A stretch of DNA of 64,000 nt from an uncultured Chloroflexia bacterium. GTDB taxonomy: Bacteria; Chloroflexota; Limnocylindria; Limnocylindrales; CSP1-4. The stretch is from assembly GCA_963790955.1 (NCBI GenBank), contig CAWBQM010000003.1, positions 227,385-291,384 on the forward strand, given 5' to 3'. Positions 56,484-64,000 of this stretch are shown here, piece by piece; the first letter of the stretch is position 1, and each line of letters begins with the position of its first letter. The position numbers and the translations under genes were made by a program. The notes beneath the pieces were generated by a model. The model saw only the letters and a program-made list of their open reading frames with translations. It did not search any database and was not told where the DNA came from.

Positions 56484-59042
56484 TCAATCCGGGAGGCGAC
56501 CGCCTGGCGCGAGGGGGAGGTCCCGGAGCCGAACGCCCGTTGCGTCGAAGATCGCATTGGCGATGGCCGGCGCGAGCGCGATGATCGGCGTCTCGCCGGC
56601 GCCTGCCGAGGGCACGTCGGGCCGGTCCAGCAGGACGATCTCGATGGCCGGCAGATCGGTGATCCTGGGCACGCGGTAATCGGTCATGGACGCGTTGCTG
56701 AGGACACCACCGGGTCCGAAGTGGACGGCCTCGAACAACGCCCCGCCGAGACCCATCGAGATCGCGCCCTGAATCTGGTTCGTCAGGCCGTCGGGATTGA
56801 CGATCCGCCCGCAGTCAAAGGCCGTGACGATCCGTGCCAGCTCGGGCCGTCGGTCCTCGCCGACCCGAAGCTCGACGGCAGTGGCGACACGCCCGTCCTT
56901 CTCGATGCCGCCGGCGATCCCGAGACCCACGCCGGGATGCCGCTCTCGGGTCCACTCGATCCGCTCGGCGACCTGGCGCAGGGCCGTCGCGAGGCGCTCG
57001 TCGCCGAGGTTGGCCAGCCGAAGCTCGAGCGGGTCGATCTCGAGGGCGACGGCGACCTCGTCCATCGCCGACTCCCGGGCGAAATGGTTGGCCGTTGCCG
57101 CCAGGGCCCGGTACGAGCCCTGGCGAAGTGGCGAGTCGGCGGCCTGGTATCCGAGCTCCTCGTTGTCGACCTCGTACGGTCCCGCGAGCCCGAACGATCC
57201 GGCATTGAGGCTCGTCATCTGCCAGGCGGTAAGCCGTCCGTCGCGATCTGCCCCCGCTCGGATGTCGATCACGGCGGCCGGTCGGAAATAGGCGTGGCGG
57301 TACTCATCCTCCCGGCTCCAGCGGACCTTCACCGGGCTGCGGGCCGCCCGAGCCAGGCGCGCGGCCTCGAGCGCGACATCGCCCGAGTGCTTGCCGCCGA
57401 AGCCGCCACCAAAGTCCGGCACGATAACCCGGATCGCCGCCGCGGGCATCCCCAACGCCGCCGACACCTGCTCCCGCACCCCGAACGGGACCTGTCCGCC
57501 GGTCCAGATCGTGAGCCGACCGTCGTCGGTCCACTCCGCGACGGCGGTGCGCGTCTCCATCGGCACGTGGGCGATGTATGGAGTCCGGTACGTGGCCTCG
57601 ACGCGCACCCGGGCGTCCGCGAGCGCGGCATCGACATCGCCCGAGCTCTCGTGGAAGCCGCCCGCCCAGCCCTCGTCCTCCATCGGGTGGGCCCGGAGGT
57701 GCGCTTCCAGGTCGGCCTCGCCCGGTGTGTCGGGCAGGTCCCAGGTTGGCTTCGCGCGGGCCAGCGCACGCCGTGCCTCGCCCGGAGTCGCGGCCACGAC
57801 GCCGACGAACGAGCCCTCATGGACGACGATCACGCCCCCGGCGCCGACGTCGTCGAGGTCGACCGATCGCAGCGTCGCGCCGGTCGCCGGCGGACGCAGG
57901 ATCCGGCCGTGGCGCATGCCCGGCCGGCTGACGTCGGATGGATAGCGCTTGGTGCCGGTCACGATCGAGCGTCCGGTCAGGCGTGGGACACCGGGTCGCG
58001 TGGACGATGCGCCGGCCGGCCGCGCCCGGCTCGCGGCATTCGAGCCTGAACGCTCCGCGCGCGCGGCGATCTCGACGCGTCGCATCCCGGCCACGAGCTC
58101 GCCGATCCGGTCCGACGTCCGGCCATGGGCGCGCGCCAGACCGTCGAGCACGTGGCGCGCCGACTGCCCCAGCCGACGCAGCTCCCGCCCAGCATCCGGC
58201 GTCGACCGGCTGCCGAACGTTCCAGCGTCGTGCGGGCACAGGTCCGTGTCGCCCATGACGAGCCGGACGTCCGCCAGGGCAACGCCCATGGACTCGGCCA
58301 GAATGATCGACAGGCCCGTCCGGTTGTCCTGGCCTGCATCGACCTTGCCGGTGAAGGCCGTCACGAGCCCATCGGCGCCGACATGGAGCCACGCTCCCGA
58401 GGTCGTCGACCAGCCACCGGACGGATCCGGCTCGACCACGACGACCAGGCCCTCCGGCAAGATCTCGAACCAGTCTCGCTCGGGCGTGGGCGTCATGTCC
58501 CAGGGTGCCCTCGGGCGTCGGTCGAGATCCATCGGCGGAGCGTCAGGCTCGTCGCTCGGCACGCTCCCCGACTCCCCGGCGCGCTGGACGGCCGAGAGGA
58601 TGCGCGGGTAGGTCCCGCACCTGCAGACGCTGTCTCCGAGCCAGGCGCGGATCGCCTCGGCACCGGGTTGGGGAGTGGACTCGAGCAGGGCGACGGTCGA
58701 GAGAATCATGCCCGGCGTGCAGTAGCCGCACTGGAACGCGCCCTCCGCCAGGAACGCCCGCTGGACCGGGTGGAGCTCGCCGACCGGCGCGAGGCCCTCA
58801 ATCGTCAGCACCCGGCCGCCGCCGGCCGCCGACACCAGCGTTCGGCAGCTCCGGACTGGCTGCCCGTCGAGGAGGACGGTGCAGGCGCCGCACACGCCCT
58901 CGCCACAGCCGGGTTTCGGCCCGGTCACGTCGAGCTCGTCGCGCAGGACCCCGAGCAGGCTCCGATCCGGCTCACGGTCAACGTCCGCGGCGACCCCGTT
59001 GACGGTCAGTCGAAGCGTGCCCCTCGATTCGGTCGATCGCAC
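56484..59042 (-). CDS. Xanthine dehydrogenase-family molybdoenzyme: 2Fe-2S domain fused to Moco-binding subunit (IorA/IorB-like)
   Basis: GCGEGVCGAC, QCGYC, CRC; GTFGS, AHVPME, GGGFGGK, YRA, DCG..VNP, GAGE; TAGCCT-N6-GTG start. Confidence 0.9.
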   Translation of the reverse strand: MRSTESRGTLRLTVNGVAADVDREPDRSLLGVLRDELDVTGPKPGCGEGVCGACTVLLDGQPVRSCRTLVSAAGGGRVLTIEGLAPVGELHPVQRAFLAEGAFQCGYCTPGMILSTVALLESTPQPGAEAIRAWLGDSVCRCGTYPRILSAVQRAGESGSVPSDEPDAPPMDLDRRPRAPWDMTPTPERDWFEILPEGLVVVVEPDPSGGWSTTSGAWLHVGADGLVTAFTGKVDAGQDNRTGLSIILAESMGVALADVRLVMGDTDLCPHDAGTFGSRSTPDAGRELRRLGQSARHVLDGLARAHGRTSDRIGELVAGMRRVEIAARAERSGSNAASRARPAGASSTRPGVPRLTGRSIVTGTKRYPSDVSRPGMRHGRILRPPATGATLRSVDLDDVGAGGVIVVHEGSFVGVVAATPGEARRALARAKPTWDLPDTPGEADLEAHLRAHPMEDEGWAGGFHESSGDVDAALADARVRVEATYRTPYIAHVPMETRTAVAEWTDDGRLTIWTGGQVPFGVREQVSAALGMPAAAIRVIVPDFGGGFGGKHSGDVALEAARLARAARSPVKVRWSREDEYRHAYFRPAAVIDIRAGADRDGRLTAWQMTSLNAGSFGLAGPYEVDNEELGYQAADSPLRQGSYRALAATANHFARESAMDEVAVALEIDPLELRLANLGDERLATALRQVAERIEWTRERHPGVGLGIAGGIEKDGRVATAVELRVGEDRRPELARIVTAFDCGRIVNPDGLTNQIQGAISMGLGGALFEAVHFGPGGVLSNASMTDYRVPRITDLPAIEIVLLDRPDVPSAGAGETPIIALAPAIANAIFDATGVRLRDLPLAPGGRLPD

Positions 59043-59094
59043 GGCCTGAGGCTAGCGCGTCTCGCCGCCGAGGGCCTCGGCCGGCAGAGGCGGC

Positions 59095-59832
59095 CTACTC
59101 GAGGATCAGCCGGGCCCGTCGGAAGCGCACGATGCCGAAGGCCACGAGCGCCGCATCGAGCGCGAACAGGATCACGGCGACGACCGCGGATGCGACCAGC
59201 GGCCCCGCGTCCTCGATGGCGCGGTCGAGCGCGTCGAGCGCGTCGCGCGGCAGCACCTGGACGATCCCAACCGGGATCAGGACGAGCGCCAGGATCAGGA
59301 AGCTCGTCAGCTGCGTGGCCTGACGAACCGTGGCCGAGCGCAGGGAGATCAACGTCCCGACCGCGGCCATGAGGCTCGTGCCGAGGAGACCGAAGACGAG
59401 CAGCGCGACGAACGCCTCGGGCCGATAGAACAGCAGCCGGACGCCGCCATCGACGAGGTTCACGACGACGACACCCACCAGTGCGCTGACCAGGGCGAAG
59501 CCCCAACCGTAGGCGACCGCGGTGGCGAACTTGCCGGTGAAGATCGCCGCGTCGGACAGCGGGCTGGCCAGCAGGGTCTCGAGAGTGTGGCGTTCGCGCT
59601 CACCGGCGAACGCGTCGGCGACAACACCCGTGGCCATCAGGAGCGGCACCCAGATCCAGGGCAGGAGCGCCGCCGGCGAATCGACCAGACTGCGTCCGAA
59701 CTGCCAGGGCAGGAAGACCCCGAAGATGCCCAGCGAAACGAGCAGCGGCCGTAGCCCGCGGACGATGCTGCCGTTGATCCAGAACAGGCCCCGCAGCTCC
59801 TTCCAGGCGACGGTGCCGATGTCGGCGATCAC
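59095..59832 (-). CDS. ABC-2 type transporter permease
   Basis: WKEL, FAGERERHTLETLLASP, GK; GTGA overlap with the ATPase gene. Confidence 0.88.
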   Translation of the reverse strand: MIADIGTVAWKELRGLFWINGSIVRGLRPLLVSLGIFGVFLPWQFGRSLVDSPAALLPWIWVPLLMATGVVADAFAGERERHTLETLLASPLSDAAIFTGKFATAVAYGWGFALVSALVGVVVVNLVDGGVRLLFYRPEAFVALLVFGLLGTSLMAAVGTLISLRSATVRQATQLTSFLILALVLIPVGIVQVLPRDALDALDRAIEDAGPLVASAVVAVILFALDAALVAFGIVRFRRARLILE

Positions 59833-60812
59833 GGCGCGGCTCCTGCCGCCGGCATCGATGCCTGCGCCGGGTGCGCCACGGCGTCGCCCTCCACGAGCGA
59901 CACGAACGTGGCTTCGAGATCGGCTGTCTCGGTGTTCACGCCGCGCACCGAGGCACCCGCATGGACGAGCAGCGCCACGATCGTCGCCGGATCCGCGCCG
60001 TCCGCGAGGAGGGCATCGAGACCGTCGGCCGTGACCTGCACCGACGTGACGCTCGACTCGGCACGGACGAGATCGAGCACGTCCGGGGTGATGCCCGAGG
60101 CTCGAATGGCGACGTGATGGCCGTTGACGCGCGACGCCAGCGCCCCCGGAGACCCGACGGCGAGCAGGTGCCCGGCGCGAATCACCGCGACCGTGTCGCA
60201 CACCTTCTGCGCCTCGGCCAGATTGTGCGTCGTGAGGAATACGGTCACGCCGTCCGAGGCGGCCAGCGCGCGCAGGTCCTCGCGCAGGGACGCCGCGGCG
60301 ATGGGATCGAGCCCGGCCGTCGGCTCGTCGAGGAACACGATGCCGGGTCGCGGCAGGAGCGCGCGCGCAACACCCAGCTTCTGCTTCATGCCGCGGCTCC
60401 ACGAGCCGACGCCCTCCCGCCGCCGATCCCACAGACCCAGGCTGCGCAGCAGGCTCTCCGCCCGGGCGCGGCGTTCGGACCTCGGGATGCGCCACGCGCG
60501 GCCCGCGAATTCCAGGTTGTCCTCGGCCGTCAGCCGCTCGTACAGCCCCGAGTGCTCGAGCAGGGCGCCACACTGGCGCCGGATCCTATCGGCGTCACGT
60601 CGGGTGTCGAAGCCCAGAACCTCGGCGCGGCCGGCCGTGGGCTCGAGCAATCCGAGGAGCAGGCGGATGGTGGTCGTCTTGCCGGATCCGTTCGGACCGA
60701 GGTAGCCAAGGACGGATCCGGTGGGGACCTCGAAGCTCACGCCGTCGAGGGCGCGAACGGGCCCGAAGTCGCGCGTCAGTCGGTCGATCGCGATGGCGAT
60801 CCCGGCATGCAT
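59829..60812 (-). CDS. ABC transporter ATP-binding protein
   Basis: GPNGSGKTT, WSRGMKQK, FLDEPT, TTH; TATCGT-N6-ATG start. Confidence 0.93.
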   Translation of the reverse strand: MHAGIAIAIDRLTRDFGPVRALDGVSFEVPTGSVLGYLGPNGSGKTTTIRLLLGLLEPTAGRAEVLGFDTRRDADRIRRQCGALLEHSGLYERLTAEDNLEFAGRAWRIPRSERRARAESLLRSLGLWDRRREGVGSWSRGMKQKLGVARALLPRPGIVFLDEPTAGLDPIAAASLREDLRALAASDGVTVFLTTHNLAEAQKVCDTVAVIRAGHLLAVGSPGALASRVNGHHVAIRASGITPDVLDLVRAESSVTSVQVTADGLDALLADGADPATIVALLVHAGASVRGVNTETADLEATFVSLVEGDAVAHPAQASMPAAGAAP

Positions 60813-61027
60813 GGCCAGACGATATCGCGCGCGTCCTCGGCACTCGCGGGCCGTTCGTCCACAAGGCGGGACCGAGAGTCACAGCCGACTCGACGGCCAC
60901 GTCCGTCCCGGCGCCGATCGCGAGGCGCAGCAGCGCACGCTCACCAATCGGCCGTCGTGACTCCGATGCAATGCCCGGGGGCCCTCCGCCCGGAGCATCG
61001 CCAACGCCGCATTCGCGAGAGTGAACC

Positions 61028-62281
61028 ATGCTCTGGCTCCAATCGCTCCGCGAACGGCTGCGGCTCAGTCTCTGGTTCGTTCCCTCGGTCCTGGCCGTCG
61101 CGGCGGCGCTGCTGGCTCTTGTCCTGAGCACGGTGGACGATCGGCTGGCAGCCAACGGATCCGGGTTGTTCTTCACCTTCGGCGGCAGCCCTGAGGGTGC
61201 CCGCAGCGTGCTCTCGACCATCGCACAGTCGATGCTCACGTTCACGGGTCTCGTGTTCACGATCACGATGCTCGTCCTGCAGCTCGCGTCGACGCAGCTC
61301 TCGCCCCGGGTGATGCGGACGTTCCTGCGCGACCAGGGCAACCAGGTGGTGCTCGGGGTCTTCGTCGCGACCTTCGTGTTCACGCTGCTCGTGCTCCGTG
61401 AGGTTCGGACACCCGTCGACGGAAGCGACGCGTTCGTGCCCGCCGTTTCCGTGTGGGTCGCGTTCGCGCTCCTCCTCGCCAGCGTTGCGGCGTTCGTCTG
61501 GTACATCGACCACATGGCCCACGCGATCCGTGCGAGCACGGTCATCGCCAACATCTGGAACGAGACGGTCGCCGCGATCGAGCGGCTGTATCCGGATCGG
61601 GCGGGGCGTCGGACCGAGGAGCCGTGGCGCGCCCCATCGAGCCGGCCCGCGGTCGTGCTCACGTCGCGCGCGGCCGGCATCGTCCTCCGCGTCGACGAAG
61701 CGGCGCTCCTCGAGGCAACCGACTGCGATGGGCGCGTCGCCGAGCTCCGTGCACGGGTCGGCGACTTCATCCCCGAGGATGCCCCGCTCGCCCACCTGTG
61801 GGGCGGCTGGACTCCTGCCGCCGGCGACGAGGTGCGCGACGCGATCGCCATCGGCGGCGAACGCACCCTCGACCAGGACGCCGCGTTCGGGTTCCGCCAG
61901 CTCGCCGACATCGCGGTGCGCGCACTGTCTCCCGGCACGAACGATCCGACGACGGCCGTTCAGGCGCTCGATCGGATCCACGACCTGCTCCGCCGGCTCG
62001 CCAACCGGGAGATCCCGTCGCCCGTGCGGTCCATTGACGGGCGGGTGCGGCTTGTCCTGCCCAGGCCGTCATGGGACGACTACGTCCATCTCGGGCTCGA
62101 GGAGATCCGCCTTGCCGGTGCGTCCCAGGTCCAGGTCATCCGACGGCTGCGAGCGCTCCTCGACGACCTCGAGACGGACACGCCCCACGACCGACAGCGC
62201 GTCCTCCGCGAAGAGAGGCGCAATCTGGATCTGCTCGATCCACGTGAGCGGCGGGAGGCGGGCCGGCACTCGAACGCCTAG
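61028..62281 (+). CDS. DUF2254 family membrane protein
   Basis: SLWFVP, LQLASTQLSPR, RTLDQD, DIAVRALSPGTNDPTTA. Confidence 0.88.
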   Translation: MLWLQSLRERLRLSLWFVPSVLAVAAALLALVLSTVDDRLAANGSGLFFTFGGSPEGARSVLSTIAQSMLTFTGLVFTITMLVLQLASTQLSPRVMRTFLRDQGNQVVLGVFVATFVFTLLVLREVRTPVDGSDAFVPAVSVWVAFALLLASVAAFVWYIDHMAHAIRASTVIANIWNETVAAIERLYPDRAGRRTEEPWRAPSSRPAVVLTSRAAGIVLRVDEAALLEATDCDGRVAELRARVGDFIPEDAPLAHLWGGWTPAAGDEVRDAIAIGGERTLDQDAAFGFRQLADIAVRALSPGTNDPTTAVQALDRIHDLLRRLANREIPSPVRSIDGRVRLVLPRPSWDDYVHLGLEEIRLAGASQVQVIRRLRALLDDLETDTPHDRQRVLREERRNLDLLDPRERREAGRHSNA

Positions 62282-62836
62282 CGCGTCGTCCGGCCCAGCG
62301 ATCCCCGGCGCCGATGAGGAGTGGCTCCGGGCTCGGCGGCGGGCGTCGGCCGGGGTGCGGTCGCGATCACGGCAGTGCCTGACAGGCGGGATCGGAGTCG
62401 GGCGTGGCGAAGCTGACGCTGCCGGCAAATCGAGCCGGAGCACGGCGTCCCGATGGATCATGCCGCTGTAGCAACCGGGCTGCAGGGCTCCGTCCTCGAT
62501 CGAGACGTCCCCGTCGGCGAACCGCAGGACCACCTCCGCGTCCCTGGTGAACGTCCACGTCCCGCTCAGGTTGGCGGCATCGAGTGTGTATCGGTTGCCG
62601 CGCGAGTTCTGGGCCATCCCCAGGGCCCGTTCCGCGGCACGGTCGAACGGGGCGGAGGTGAAGCCCGCCAAGGCGACCAAGACGACGCCCGCCACGACGA
62701 CGCCGACGAGCGCCAATGCCCCGACCACGATCCTCCTGTCCAGTGGCAACGTTCCACTCCTATCGCGGTCCGCAGGGACGGCGCTCTCGGCCACGCGCCA
62801 CCCGGAAGGGAGGGTGGCGGGGACCAGCCGTTGCAT
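62278..62836 (-). other. Hypothetical membrane-anchored protein or fragment
   Basis: One TM helix (IVVGALALVGVVVAGVVLVALAG). The frame runs 200 nt into the DUF2254 gene unless shifted to end at TAG 62278-62280. Confidence 0.3.
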
Positions 62837-62852
62837 GGCGGGAACGGCGCGG

Positions 62853-63249
62853 GGTAGACCTCGTCGTCCACGGCCTCATCACGGCGATGATCGGGGTGAC
62901 CTCGGCCACATCGCCGAACGGCTCGGCGATCACCCTGCCCTCGTGGTTCGACTGGTGGCCGGGGCCGTTCGGCCGGTCGTGGCTCGTTGACACGCTCAAC
63001 CTCGGCGCCGGAGCTGCCGTGATCGGCGGCTTGGTGTGGATCCTGGCCGGTGTCGCCCTCGTCGCCGCGGGACTTGGGTTTGCCGGCTTCGGCCCTCTGC
63101 GCGAGCAGTGGCCACTGCTCGGCATGCTCGGTGGCGGGCTCGGGCTCGTCGTCCTTGCCGTGTATTTCCACCCCCTCTACTCGGCGGCGGTCCTGATCAA
63201 CGTCGTGCTGGTCGTCCTCGCCTGGGGTCGAGTCGGCGCTGTCGCCTGA
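62853..63249 (+). pseudogene. 5'-truncated membrane protein
   Basis: LVVHGL...WWPGPFGRSWL followed by several TM helices in genome-typical codons; no plausible nearby start. Confidence 0.5.
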
Positions 63250-63396
63250 TCCGAACAGACAGGGTGTCTCGAGGGCACCGTCGACGCCCGCTCGAATTGG
63301 GTCGAGGCCGCATTCACCGTCGGCGAAACAGCAAAGGTGAACGGCGGGCCGCTCGAGCACAATCGTGCCTCTCGTGCCGTTGCGGCGTTCGACCGG

Positions 63397-64000
63397 TCAG
63401 CCGAACCAGACCCGCGCTGCCTCCTCATCCAGGAGTGGCCACGAGCCCGCCGGGATGCCGAGGATGCGCTCCAGCGCCTCGGCGTACGAGGCCAGGGCGT
63501 GCGTCGCCGTCTCGAAACGGACCGTCTGTTCCTGGCGGCCCAGAAAGAGCCGGACGGCGGCCTCGTTGAGCGCAAGCATGAGCGACGTGACGACCGAGGC
63601 GGATCCCTCGGGATCGGTGAGCGAGAACGTGCCGTCCGCCACTCCTTCGGCCAGGACGGTGGCGAGCACCGGTGTCAGTCGGGTAGCCGTCGCGGTGCGC
63701 ATCCGCTCGACCAGCACCCGGTTCTCGTCGGAGAACCACGTGCGCAGCGAGGCCGCAACCGCGGCCGGCTGGTACTCGGGCCGCGCCGCCTTCCAGGCGT
63801 AGATGCCGTCGAAGACCTCCCGCAGCTTCTCGAGGGGCGTCAGGGAGGGATCGGATGCCATCGACGTCGCGCCGCCGATCGCCTCCTCCACGGTGCGTTC
63901 GACCACCGCGGCGAGGAGCGCTTCCTTCGAGTCGAAATAGTGCTGGAAGGCACCCTTGGACGCGCCGACGTCCGCGATGACGTCGGCGATGACCAGCCGG
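63397..64000 (-). CDS. TetR-family transcriptional regulator (5' end outside the window)
   Basis: IADVIADVGASKGAFQHYFDSKEALL; EGVADGTF; ALERILG. Confidence 0.9.
   Translation of the reverse strand, partial: RLVIADVIADVGASKGAFQHYFDSKEALLAAVVERTVEEAIGGATSMASDPSLTPLEKLREVFDGIYAWKAARPEYQPAAVAASLRTWFSDENRVLVERMRTATATRLTPVLATVLAEGVADGTFSLTDPEGSASVVTSLMLALNEAAVRLFLGRQEQTVRFETATHALASYAEALERILGIPAGSWPLLDEEAARVWFG

Noticed and set aside
60867-60883. GGACCGAGAGTC match to the 26.2-kb palindrome
   Set aside because: Single isolated 12-nt match with mismatched flanks; could be chance.
63300-63360. Possible c-di-GMP riboswitch (GAAA/GCAAA words in a hairpin)
   Set aside because: Lacks the GGCAAACC...GACGCAAAG architecture and is not in a 5' leader.

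Overview
High-GC bacterial chromosomal window. The gene content and style suggest Chloroflexota of the Limnocylindria/Ellin6529 type; this is inference only. The first 51 kb is mostly housekeeping: an EF-G paralog, a his operon with a TrpR/YerC-type regulator and divergent hisA, tyrS, a class A PBP, pheS-pheT-cvpA-mpg-mutS2, infC-rpmI-rplT, T-box-controlled thrS, tRNA-Val(GAC), RNA methyltransferases, a DUF881/DUF951/MFS/GT2 cluster and cysS. The last 12 kb is accessory and contains decayed genes. Three loci stand out. (1) An XRE-HTH/PD-(D/E)xK-like fusion gene sits antisense between thrS and infC. It is preceded by four helically phased C-box-like palindromes (GACT-N3-RGTC; spacing 42/63/42 bp) and a ~15-bp tandem GGCAATC array. 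(2) A GT2 glycosyltransferase whose N-terminus resembles the CysRS C-terminal anticodon-binding domain is encoded tail-to-tail with cysS. (3) An integrase-less ~4.3-kb islet in tRNA-Val carries a GGDEF+EAL pair and has 27-bp arm-like repeats at both ends. Also seen: an 8-bp-periodic TrpR-type operator, a hisD frameshift, an ATA start for infC and repeated leaderless-gene signatures. All calls come from reading motifs by eye; no database searches were run.
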